DNA from: an uncultured Gemmatimonadaceae bacterium
GTDB lineage: Bacteria > Gemmatimonadota > Gemmatimonadetes > Gemmatimonadales > Gemmatimonadaceae
Length of the DNA: 64,000 nucleotides
Assembly (NCBI GenBank): GCA_963740355.1
Contig: CAVUDW010000003.1
Coordinates: 2,518,085 to 2,582,084 of the forward strand
Direction of reading: 5' to 3'
The notes beneath the pieces are model-generated. The model had not been told where the DNA came from and did no database searches. It worked only from the letters and a program-made list of their open reading frames with translations. This document shows positions 10,077 through 19,492 of the stretch, piece after piece (within the stretch, counting starts at the first letter, position 1; each line of letters begins with the position of its first letter). The translations under genes were made by a program, and so were the position numbers.

Positions 10077-10997
10077 CTACCGCCAAGCCGCCAGCGTCGC
10101 CCCCGCCGCCTGCTCCAGCAGTGGCGGCACCAGCGGATGCTGATACTGCCGACGCACGCTGATCGCGTAGAACTCCTCGTAGAGGTGCGGCACCACCGCG
10201 TACTCCTCCAGCACCCCCGACCGCAGCTCGTCGATCACGACCACCGCCGGCACCAGCGCCACCGCATTGCTGTCGCGCGCCAGCAGTCGCAGCATCGCCA
10301 TGTCATCCACCTCGGCCGCCACATTCACGCGAATCCCCAGCTGCTCGCAGAGCAGGTCGAAGGCGTTGCGGATGTCGCTGTCCCGGCTCGGCAGGATCAG
10401 CGGCACCTCGGCGAGGTCGTCGGGATACCGAAAAGGCGTGCCATGCCTCGGCGGACCGACCAGACTCACCTGCTGCCGCGCAATCCGTCGGCACCGCCAC
10501 GCCGTGCCGGCATCCTCCTGCACTCGACGATTCGACAGCACCAGGTCCAGCGTGTGCGACTCGAGGTTCGCCAGCAGCTCACGAAGTGAGCCCGAATGGA
10601 GCACCAGCTCCACATCCGGCTTGCCCACCAGCGGCGCGAGGAAGCCGCGCTGGAAGTTGCGTGACAACGTCGCCACCGCCCCCACACGCAACACTTCGCG
10701 CTCCTGCCGCCGCCCCTCACGCAGCGTGGCCACCAGCGCGTTGCCGGCGTCGGCGATCGTGTCGGCATAACCCAGCGCAATGCGGCCCGCCTCGGTCAGT
10801 GCCAGCGTCTTCCCCTGCCGACTGAACAGCGGCTGGCCCAGCTGCACTTCCAGCTGCCGGATCTGCGTCGACAGCGCCGAGGGCGCGACGTTCAGCTGCT
10901 GCGCCGCACGGGTCAGGTTCCCCTCGTGGGCCACCGCACGGAAGTAGTGCAGGTGGTGGTAGTTGAGGCGGAGCGGTGTGGCTGCTGACTGTTCCAT
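10077..10997 (-). CDS. LysR-family transcriptional regulator (NhaR-like)
   Basis: LNYHHLHYF..VAHEGNLTRAA HTH, LTEAGR and EVDDMAMLRLLA. Confidence 0.92.
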   Translation of the reverse strand: MEQSAATPLRLNYHHLHYFRAVAHEGNLTRAAQQLNVAPSALSTQIRQLEVQLGQPLFSRQGKTLALTEAGRIALGYADTIADAGNALVATLREGRRQEREVLRVGAVATLSRNFQRGFLAPLVGKPDVELVLHSGSLRELLANLESHTLDLVLSNRRVQEDAGTAWRCRRIARQQVSLVGPPRHGTPFRYPDDLAEVPLILPSRDSDIRNAFDLLCEQLGIRVNVAAEVDDMAMLRLLARDSNAVALVPAVVVIDELRSGVLEEYAVVPHLYEEFYAISVRRQYQHPLVPPLLEQAAGATLAAWR

Positions 10998-11040
10998 AAA
11001 ACAGAACGTGATTGACTGAAAGATGTATTTTACAGAACGA
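10991..11040. promoter_or_regulatory. Putative LysR operator
   Basis: GTTC-N9-GAAC dyad (T-N11-A) overlaps the lysR start codon. A second ACAGAAC half-site lies ~33 bp away. Confidence 0.55.
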
Positions 11041-11081
11041 ACATGCATTCCTAGGTTCCGGGTTGTCTACCCCTGCCAGGA

Positions 11082-12701
11082 ATGCCGATGCCAGTCTCGA
11101 CCGTTCTGCTGCTGCTGGTCCCGCTCACGTATCTGATCGCCGCGCTGCTCCCTGAGCGTCTCTTCGCCCGGGTGCCTCAGCGCCGTTGGACTGCGTCCCT
11201 GAGCGCGACCGCACTCTGCGCGCTGCTCGCCCTTGCCGCCACTGCGACGCTCATCGCGCGCGGACCGGCGGTCGACAGCCTCGCGCTGCCAGGCTTCGCC
11301 GACCTCGAGATCGGACTCCGCCTCGACCCGCTCACCGCGGTCATGCTGGTGCTGATCACCGGCGTGGCGGGACTGATTCTCCGCTTCTCCGATCGCTACC
11401 TCGCCGGCGAACAGGGTCGGTCACGGTACGTCCGCTGGTTCCTCGCGACGATGGCCTCAGTCTCGCTCCTCGTCATCACCAACGACCTGATCGTGCTGGC
11501 GCTGGCGTGGATGGTGTCGAGCCTGACGCTGCACCAGCTGCTCGTATTCTACGGTGATCGCGCACCGGCGCTGATCGCCGCCCACAAGAAATTCCTGCTC
11601 AGCCGCGTGGCCGATGTCGTCATCTTCGCCGCGGTCGTGATGATCTGGCGCAGCATGGGCACACAGCGTATCGACGAGCTGATGGCGCAAGCGGCCGCGA
11701 TGGAGCAGATGCCCGCCGCGGTGAAGCTGGCTGGCCTGCTGCTCGTCACCGGTGTCGGCATCCGCTCGGCGCAGCTCCCGTTCCACGGCTGGCTGATCCA
11801 GGTGATGGAAGCACCCACGCCCGTGTCGGCCTTCCTGCACGCCGGCATCGTCAACGTCGGCGGCTTCGTGCTGATCCGGTTGTCAGGGCTGCTCGGCCGA
11901 CTGGATGGCGCACAGACGCTGCTCGTCGTCGCCGGTACCTGCACCGCGGTGCTCGCCGCGCTGGTGATGACGACGCGCGTGAGCGTGAAGGTCTCACTCG
12001 CCTGGTCCACCTGCGCGCAGATGGGCTTCATGCTCCTCGAGTGCGGACTCGGCGCCTACGGCCTCGCCCTGCTGCACCTCGTCGCCCACTCACTCTACAA
12101 GGCGCACGCGTTCCTCTCGTCTGGACGCGCCGTCGAGCAGCAACTTGTTCGCCGCATGACACCCACCGCGACGCGCACCACCGGGTTCCAGTGGGTTTCC
12201 GGTGCCGTCGCGGCGGCGGCCATCGTGCTCACGCTCGGCCACGCTCTGGGGCTGCGAATGGATGGTGAGACAGGATCACGCGCCGCCGCGCTGATCTTGT
12301 CGCTCGCACTCGCTCCGCTCTTCGTGAGCGGCATCTCGAATGGCGGTCGCTCTCTGCTTCGCGCGACACTCGGCGCGGTGATCCTCGTCGCCAGCTACGC
12401 ACTCGGCCACGAACTGTTCACGACCCTCGCACCCGACGTGAGCGGCTCTCCAATGATGGACGCCACCCGACTCGCCGTCGTCGCCATCGCATTCGGCGCG
12501 CTGTATGTCGTGCAAGCGACCATCGCGACGCAGCCCAGCGGCCGTCTCGCCCGTGCGCTCTACCCCGCGTGTTTCGCCGGCTTCTATCTCGACGAGATCT
12601 GGACGCGCCTCACCTTCCGCATCTGGCCCCCACGCGCGCTGCCCGTCACGCCACGCGTCGCCACCGCTGGCATGCCGATGCTGCGCGAGGTGCGCGCATG
12701 A
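11082..12701 (+). CDS. dabB: DabB/MpsA NuoL-like proton-conducting subunit of an inorganic carbon transporter
   Basis: AQLPFHGWLIQVMEAPTPVSAFLHAG and HLVAHSLYKAHAFL. Stop overlaps the DUF2309 start (ATGA). Confidence 0.88.
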   Translation: MPMPVSTVLLLLVPLTYLIAALLPERLFARVPQRRWTASLSATALCALLALAATATLIARGPAVDSLALPGFADLEIGLRLDPLTAVMLVLITGVAGLILRFSDRYLAGEQGRSRYVRWFLATMASVSLLVITNDLIVLALAWMVSSLTLHQLLVFYGDRAPALIAAHKKFLLSRVADVVIFAAVVMIWRSMGTQRIDELMAQAAAMEQMPAAVKLAGLLLVTGVGIRSAQLPFHGWLIQVMEAPTPVSAFLHAGIVNVGGFVLIRLSGLLGRLDGAQTLLVVAGTCTAVLAALVMTTRVSVKVSLAWSTCAQMGFMLLECGLGAYGLALLHLVAHSLYKAHAFLSSGRAVEQQLVRRMTPTATRTTGFQWVSGAVAAAAIVLTLGHALGLRMDGETGSRAAALILSLALAPLFVSGISNGGRSLLRATLGAVILVASYALGHELFTTLAPDVSGSPMMDATRLAVVAIAFGALYVVQATIATQPSGRLARALYPACFAGFYLDEIWTRLTFRIWPPRALPVTPRVATAGMPMLREVRA

Positions 12702-15214
12702 CGCCCAACACGATGACGGACAGCACGGTTGCGAACAGCACTACCGGCACCAACACCAGCGCCAGCACCATGACGAACGCCACACTCATCTCCGCCGATG
12801 TCGAACAAGCGATCACGAGCGCCTGTGATCGCATCGCACCATCCTGGCCACTCGATCGCCTCATCGCGGTGAACCCCTTCTGGGGCTTCGTGGACGCGCC
12901 GATCGAGCACGCCGCCGCTCAGTTGTCCGCGCTGTCCGGAGCCACGCTGCTGATGCCTCGCACCTGGTATCGCGAGCAGTTCACTGCCGGGCGATTCAGC
13001 GAGCGGCATGTCGCGCAGGCGATCGCGATCACCGGTGCCACACGGACTGCGGCCGAGGTGCTCGCGACGCTCCAGCGCGACGCGTCGGCGCCGGCGCAGT
13101 GGCGATTGATGACCGACGCCGCCGACGTTGGTCGTGATCTCGGCCATGCGATGCCGTGGACCGAGTACGTGACGCGTCATGTAAGCCAGACCTGCGCCGC
13201 CTACTTCGACGAGGGCCAGGCACGCTGGACGCCGGTTCGCGCCGAGGGCCTGTATCCACTGTGGCGTGAGCTCTCGATGCATGACGGTGGCCCACGACTG
13301 CTGATGGCGTTGCACCGCTTCCGCGAGGCCGCCGCGACACTGCCCGCCGATCCGCGTGTCTTGATAGCTGAAGCGCTGCAAGCGCTCGAGGTGCGGAGTG
13401 AGTTGCGGGATCAGTATCTCACCGCGTTGCTGCTTTCGGTGAATGGCTGGGCATCCGTCTGCGCCTTCCGCCGTTGGGAAGCGCGACCCGCGTCGGGTGA
13501 TGACGACCAGCTCGTGCACCTGCTCGCGGTGCGTCTTGCGTGGGAGCTGATATTGCTGCGACTCAGCACCTCGACGAAGACGCCCGACGCGTGGCGCGCT
13601 GCGAAGGCCGACTGGGCGTCGGCCGAATCGATGATGCTGCGCGCGCAGGGTGATGAATGGCTGCTGCAGCGGGCGTGCGAGATCGCGTATCAGGAGGGAG
13701 TGACTCGCGCACTCACGGAGGCGATGCACGCACCAGCCGAGCCGAAGCCCTCGCCCACTGCCCAGGCGGTCTTCTGCATCGACGTCCGCTCCGAGGTATT
13801 CCGTCGTTCACTCGAGCGTGTCGCGCCGTCGGTGCAGACGCTCGGGTTTGCCGGATTCTTCGGCCTGCCCATCGCGTACCAGCCCCTCAGCGGTCCCGCC
13901 CGTGCGCAGCTGCCTGGTCTGTTGTCGCCCGCGATGATCGTGGAAGATGCCGGCGCCGAGCGATCGTCGGCCAGCGCTGACACCCGCCGAGCGCTTGGTG
14001 ACAGCGCATCGTGGAAGTCGCTCGGTGCCACTGCGGCGTCGGCGTTCTCGTTCGTCGAAGCCACCGGCATCGCGGCTGCCGCGAAGCTCGTGCGCGATGG
14101 ATTCGGACTGGGCGCCAGCACTGGTGACACGCTGCGCTCGCCGTCCACGTCACACGCGACGCTCCGCCCCGAGCTCGCGCGTCGCGCTGACGGCAGCGCC
14201 GTGCCACTGGAGGCACGTGTTGCGCTGGCTGCGGGCATTCTCGGTGCGATGAGCCTGAAGAGCGGCTCCGCTCCGGTGTTGGCGCTGATCGGTCACGGTG
14301 CGTCCACCGAGAACAATCCGCTAGCTGCGGGTTTGCATTGCGGCGCTTGTGGTGGCCAGACCGGCGAGGTGAACGCGCGCGCGCTCGCCGCGCTGCTCAA
14401 TGATGCGGATGTGCGGGCAGGCCTCGTCACGACGGGCATCGATCTTGGCGACACGCTTGTCGTCGCCGGCTTGCACGACACCACTACGGACGAAGTCACG
14501 CTCTACGATCTCGATCGTGTGCCGGCATCACACACTCCGCTGATCGCCGCGTTGAAGTCGCAGTTCGCCGACGCCGGCATCGGTGCTCGGCGTGAGCGCG
14601 CCCAGTCGCTTGGCCTCGCGCGTGTTGGTGACGATGCCCTCGAGCGCTCCGTCCGTCATCGCTCACGTGACTGGGCCGAGGTGCGTCCCGAGTGGGGGCT
14701 GGCCGGCAATGCCGCGTTCTTCGTGGCACCACGCGAACGTACAGCGTCGATAGACCTGCAGGGTCGGTCATTCCTGCACGAGTACGACTGGCGGCAGGAC
14801 ACTGGGTTCAAGGTGCTCGAGCTGATCCTCACCGCGCCGATGGTCGTGACGCACTGGATCAACCTCCAGTACTACGCCTCCGTGGTGGACCCGCTCCGCT
14901 ACGGCAGCGGCAACAAGGTGCTGCACAACGTGGTGGGTGGTCGAGTTGGTGTGATGGAGGGGGCCGGTGGGGACCTGCGGATCGGGCTGGCGATGCAGTC
15001 GGTTCACGATGGGCAGCGGTGGATGCATGAACCGCTGCGGTTGTCGGTGTTCGTGGAGGCGCCGGCGGAGGCGATTGATGAAATCATCGCGCGGCATGCG
15101 GCGGTGCGGAGCCTGGTGGAGAATGAGTGGTTGTTCCTGCACCGGATTGATTCGGTGACGGGGGGTGTTGCGCAGTGGCGGCGTGGGGGGTGGGTTGAAG
15201 GCGTGAACGTGTGA
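12698..15214 (+). CDS. dabA: DabA/MpsB (DUF2309) beta-carbonic-anhydrase-like subunit
   Basis: IAPSWPLD..IAVNPF, Zn ligands in FCIDVRSE, GHG and CGACGG, plus RPEWGLA and HEPLRL. Confidence 0.92.
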   Translation: MTPNTMTDSTVANSTTGTNTSASTMTNATLISADVEQAITSACDRIAPSWPLDRLIAVNPFWGFVDAPIEHAAAQLSALSGATLLMPRTWYREQFTAGRFSERHVAQAIAITGATRTAAEVLATLQRDASAPAQWRLMTDAADVGRDLGHAMPWTEYVTRHVSQTCAAYFDEGQARWTPVRAEGLYPLWRELSMHDGGPRLLMALHRFREAAATLPADPRVLIAEALQALEVRSELRDQYLTALLLSVNGWASVCAFRRWEARPASGDDDQLVHLLAVRLAWELILLRLSTSTKTPDAWRAAKADWASAESMMLRAQGDEWLLQRACEIAYQEGVTRALTEAMHAPAEPKPSPTAQAVFCIDVRSEVFRRSLERVAPSVQTLGFAGFFGLPIAYQPLSGPARAQLPGLLSPAMIVEDAGAERSSASADTRRALGDSASWKSLGATAASAFSFVEATGIAAAAKLVRDGFGLGASTGDTLRSPSTSHATLRPELARRADGSAVPLEARVALAAGILGAMSLKSGSAPVLALIGHGASTENNPLAAGLHCGACGGQTGEVNARALAALLNDADVRAGLVTTGIDLGDTLVVAGLHDTTTDEVTLYDLDRVPASHTPLIAALKSQFADAGIGARRERAQSLGLARVGDDALERSVRHRSRDWAEVRPEWGLAGNAAFFVAPRERTASIDLQGRSFLHEYDWRQDTGFKVLELILTAPMVVTHWINLQYYASVVDPLRYGSGNKVLHNVVGGRVGVMEGAGGDLRIGLAMQSVHDGQRWMHEPLRLSVFVEAPAEAIDEIIARHAAVRSLVENEWLFLHRIDSVTGGVAQWRRGGWVEGVNV

Positions 15215-15419
15215 AGAGGCGGATCATGCCGCTGAGATAAAGGGTTGCCGTAGACCCAGACGGAGACTCGGCGCGTGACCGTGGCTTCGATCGGCGCATA
15301 GTCTGGCATCGCGATCTTGATGACTTGCTGTCCTTGCGCTGCATCGTTGTCAGACCCCGTTGCCAGATTGTACGCAGAGGTTCATTCGGTTAACGCTACT
15401 CTCGAGAGTTCGTGCGCGA

Positions 15420-17183
15420 ATGTACGACCCAACAATTGAGTTGAATCGCTGGCTCGTCCCCGGGACCCCGCTCCAGGCCGGCGAATATCCCGGCGGCAAG
15501 GACACCACCGTCGCCCGCGCCAAGCTCGAGGCGCTGCTGGCGATGGGCACTGACACCATCATCGACCTCACCGAAACGCGCGACAACTTGCGCGACTACC
15601 AGGACCTGCTTCGCACGTTGCCGAACGGTCGGTTTGTGAAGCTTTTGCGTGCACCGATCGCTGATGTCGGCGTGACCGAGCCCGCGCGCATTCACTTCAT
15701 TCTCGATGTGATCGAGGCGGCGCTCGACGCGCAGCAGCGTGTCTACCTGCATTGCTGGGGCGGCGCAGGACGGACCGGAATGATTGCCGGCTGCCTGATG
15801 GTGCGACGTGGTATGTCATCGGACGCTGCGCTGGCCGAGGTGGCGTCAGGCTGGAAGTCGATGCCAAAGTCGAAGCTGCCGCATCACAAGAATCGCACCT
15901 CGCCGGAGACCGACGCGCAGAAGGATGTCGTGCGGAAGTGGGCCGACCATGAAGCCACGCGCCGCGCGCGGCGAGGCGAGAGTGCTCGGATTACCAGTGC
16001 AGTGGCGAACGACCATAGTCGCGACACACCCGAGCGCGCCGACCTTCGACGCCGCGTGCGCGGCTGCCTGCTGGGCGGCGCCCTTGGTGACGCGCTCGGC
16101 CTCCCAGTCGAGTTCAAGTCGTACGCAGAGATCCAGAAGATTTATGGTCCCGGCGGCGTGCGCGAGCTCGCGCTCGATATGAACCTCGGCGCCGCACCCA
16201 TCAGCGACGACACGCAGATGACGCTGTTCACCGCTGAGGGGATGCTGCGCGGCATCAACCGCGGCAATCACAGGGGAGTCGGCGGTCCAAGCAGTTGCAT
16301 GACGCAAGCGTACCTGCGCTGGCTCGTGACACAGGGGCACATGTTGCCCAAGGACGGTGTCTTCCCTCCCGATCTCGTGCTTGGCTGGGCCGCCGCGAAG
16401 GGGCCGCTCAGCACACCCGAGCCTACGGACCTCGTGGACTTCGACGGTCGGCACCCAGGCTGGCTGGTTCGCGTGAAGCGGCTGCACGCGCAGCGGGCGC
16501 CAGGCACGACGTGCATCGGCTCCCTGCTGAAGGGTGGCATTCAGGGCAATCAGGTCTGGGCGAATGACCGGAAGGGTAACGGCGGCGTGATGCGCATCGC
16601 GCCGGTCGGGCTGTTTCCGAAGGCCGGTGAGGACACCGTGTTCGAGCTTGGGTGCGAGGCGGCGGGGATCACGCATGGGCATCCAACTGGGCGACTCACG
16701 GCGGGTGTGTTCGCGCTGATGATCCTGAAGCTGATCCACGGCCGGACGATTCGTGAGGCGGTGGCGGTTGCGTACGAGCGTGTGCAGCGGGAGGCGGAGC
16801 ATCAGGAGACTTCGGCTGCGATGTCTGCTGCTCTCGTGTTGTTCGACTCGGGCGTTCGGCCGACGCCGGCGGTAGTCGAGTCACTGGGCGGCGGGTGGAT
16901 CGCGGAGGAGGCGCTCGCGATCTCGATCTACTGTGCGCTACTCGGTGAGGTGGCCGAGGATGCGGAAGCGGCGATGCTGCTGGCTGTCAATCATGGTGGG
17001 GATAGTGACAGTACCGGGAGCATGACGGGGCAGTTGTTGGGGGCGCGGTTTGGGGACGAGGTTTTGCCGGCCCGGTGGAGAGCGGTCGTTGAGTTGCGCG
17101 ATGTGATCGAGCAGGTGGCGGATGATGTGGTGACCGAGTGGCGAGAGGATGGGGAGTGGTGGGGGAGGTATCCGGGGTATTGA
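15420..17183 (+). CDS. Fusion of protein-tyrosine/dual-specificity phosphatase and ADP-ribosylglycohydrolase
   Basis: HCWGGAGRTG (CX5R) followed by GDALG, SDDTQMT, GNGGVMR, TH and GGDSDSTG in one uninterrupted ORF. Confidence 0.9.
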   Translation: MYDPTIELNRWLVPGTPLQAGEYPGGKDTTVARAKLEALLAMGTDTIIDLTETRDNLRDYQDLLRTLPNGRFVKLLRAPIADVGVTEPARIHFILDVIEAALDAQQRVYLHCWGGAGRTGMIAGCLMVRRGMSSDAALAEVASGWKSMPKSKLPHHKNRTSPETDAQKDVVRKWADHEATRRARRGESARITSAVANDHSRDTPERADLRRRVRGCLLGGALGDALGLPVEFKSYAEIQKIYGPGGVRELALDMNLGAAPISDDTQMTLFTAEGMLRGINRGNHRGVGGPSSCMTQAYLRWLVTQGHMLPKDGVFPPDLVLGWAAAKGPLSTPEPTDLVDFDGRHPGWLVRVKRLHAQRAPGTTCIGSLLKGGIQGNQVWANDRKGNGGVMRIAPVGLFPKAGEDTVFELGCEAAGITHGHPTGRLTAGVFALMILKLIHGRTIREAVAVAYERVQREAEHQETSAAMSAALVLFDSGVRPTPAVVESLGGGWIAEEALAISIYCALLGEVAEDAEAAMLLAVNHGGDSDSTGSMTGQLLGARFGDEVLPARWRAVVELRDVIEQVADDVVTEWREDGEWWGRYPGY

Positions 17184-17279
17184 CTTGCGTTCGAGAAAAG
17201 GACTCGTGAGATGCTAGACGAATGGACCGTTCCTAAATGCGACAGCCAAGCTCTGCGCTGATGCGAGTTGAGTAGAATC

Positions 17280-18631
17280 TCACTTTAAGTGCTTTGATAT
17301 CTTCGCTGTCATTTCAAACATCGTCACTGAGCGCTGACCGAATATTGCGAACAATTTATCGTCGGCCAGGATAATCCTCTTATTCGCGGGATCCTGCAAT
17401 CCGTGCTTCTTCACGTATGTCCAGAGAGCAGACGTGACCTCTGTTCGTGGGCGAGGGTCAGCGCCGATGACTGCCGCCAGCTGCGGAGAGATCTTCATCA
17501 GCTTATTGAATGAGCTCTTCGAACGAGCTTCGCCACGTTCTGACATCGTGCCATTTTCTGAGTCCATTCTGCTCGGTAAAATGTCTCTGCCGGCTTGCAC
17601 GTTTTGCTCGTTCAAGGTCGCGACGCTGAGACTGTTACGCGACGGAATCAGTGCGATCGTATTCGAGCTATTTCTCGCGCTATGCGGAATTCGCGCCGAC
17701 CCCAGTCCGAGCGAATCAAGAAGGTCCGCATCCATACTGGCGAAAGTCCACACCCCATCTCGCACTCCTGCGAGAATTAATGCTTGAACAAAATCTCGTA
17801 TCGATGGATAACGGTCACTGGGTTCGCGATTTAAGGCCGTGGAAAATACGTGCGTTAAAGCCGGAGCGTGCTCATTGTCAAAATGCAGCTCTCGTTCGTC
17901 GAGTACTTGCTCTGAAATGCGGAGCTGTTCAGTTTCGTATCGCGACACCTTTGCACCAGGAACATACCCAGTCAGGCATTCCCATAGTGTGAGCGCGAAG
18001 GCGTACTGGTCAACGCTCGGTGTAAGGGCCGCTGATGGGTCAAATTGCTCGGGAGCGAAATAGTAGTATGTGCCAACCACGTAGCCCACGGTGGTGATCC
18101 TCGGATCGATTGCGGCCCGTGAGATTCCGAAGTCGAGAAGTTTTGCGAACGCGGTCTGCCCGTTAGCAAGAATGATGTTCGCAGGCTTGATGTCACGGTG
18201 CACAATCGGGGGGTGCTATCGTGCGCGACGCTAAGCGCGCTGCCAACCGCGATTGCGAGCTCAAGAAAGGCGTCTGAATCGAGACATCCGTCATCTTCAA
18301 GCTTATTTAGTAAGGTAATTCCGCTTACATACTCGAAGACGATGTAGAATGCACCGTGCTTATGTCCGAGCGACGGCAAGGTTTCTTCCTCGCCATAGTC
18401 AAGCATGCGGACTATGTGGTCAGAACGAAGCCGCCTCGATGCGCTAACCTCCGCATTGAACCTGCTCCGTACCTTTCCCTCGCGATCCAACCGGTCCATG
18501 GGAATAACTTTCACGGCGACATTGGAATTATCAGGGGCCAAAGCGCGCCAAACGGTGCTCGTCCCACCGGAGCCGATCTGATCAATCAACCGGTACGCAT
18601 TTGCGAGCAGGCACACCACTGACTCAACCAT
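17280..18631 (-). CDS. Ser/Thr protein kinase with C-terminal SWIB/MDM2 domain (one frameshift at ~18210)
   Basis: GSGGTSTV, AVK, HRDIKPAN, DFG and APE. C-terminus SPQLAAVIG...RTEVTSALWTYVKKHGLQDPANKR. The two ORFs join if one C is added to a C6 run. Confidence 0.85.
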
Positions 18632-19241
18632 CAGTCTTCAGTCCTCGTGCCGTCATTAGCACTGTCAATTGTTCTTGTACTCCCGAAAGGCTGATGCCTA
18701 CCTGCGTCGCTGCAAAGGCAAGCGTAAGTTCGCAGAGGGCTGATCTAAGCGGAGAAAGCAACCGGGATTTATCTGCAACGTCGGTCTCAAGGCTTGGGTG
18801 AAAGATAGCGTTACGCGCCCCATAAAAGAGCGAACCCAAGAGGGCAAAATGTCGCGATTGGAGGCTTCTGCCGATTGCCACTTGCTCCACAAGCTCGACG
18901 ACTGACGATTTCAGACGCTCTATGTCCGATAGTGACGAAAGATTAAACCAAGCTTCGAAATCCTCACGATGAAAGCTTCTCTCAATAGCGCGCAGGGATG
19001 AGATGAATCGTTTCAAGTGTGGAAGATCAGATAGCGCAAATACCCGAAGCACATTCTCTATCGCCAAAGCAACCTTCTTGCGGCCACTCTCTGTCCATGC
19101 GGCTGGCCAAGAACTTTCGAACGCACGCCAAAGAACGAAAATGTCGTCGAGAATCTCTTCGGGAATATCCTTGGGACCTTCACGCGCCAGGACTCGGCCG
19201 ACGCGACGGAGAATGACTACAGATACTTGAGGCGAAGTCAT
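18624..19241 (-). CDS. Putative HEPN-domain protein
   Basis: Helical-looking protein with LWRAFE and YGARNAIFH (R-X4-H). Stop overlaps the kinase start. Confidence 0.55.
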   Translation of the reverse strand: MTSPQVSVVILRRVGRVLAREGPKDIPEEILDDIFVLWRAFESSWPAAWTESGRKKVALAIENVLRVFALSDLPHLKRFISSLRAIERSFHREDFEAWFNLSSLSDIERLKSSVVELVEQVAIGRSLQSRHFALLGSLFYGARNAIFHPSLETDVADKSRLLSPLRSALCELTLAFAATQVGISLSGVQEQLTVLMTARGLKTDG

Positions 19242-19492
19242 GAGAAAGTCGGCACAATGGTCTCGAGTAGTTCCAGGGTCATCGAAATGCGCCCCACCCG
19301 CTTCACGTAGGCTGGGTTCGAAAGCGCACTAGAGTTCGGATAGGCTAAGTCCTAAAATGGAACTCGCACAGCCGGGGGAATGCATGTGCGCAGCTTCTTC
19401 GTCAAGAAAGAGAGGAATCAACACGGTTCCAAAGTCTCCTCATAACGCGGGCGCACAACAACTGGTCCAATGCGCCCTTCCACCAGCCATGG

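Noticed and set aside
11082..12701. Respiratory complex I nuoL or Mrp antiporter
   Set aside because: No other nuo/mrp genes are present, and coupling to DUF2309 identifies it as DabB.
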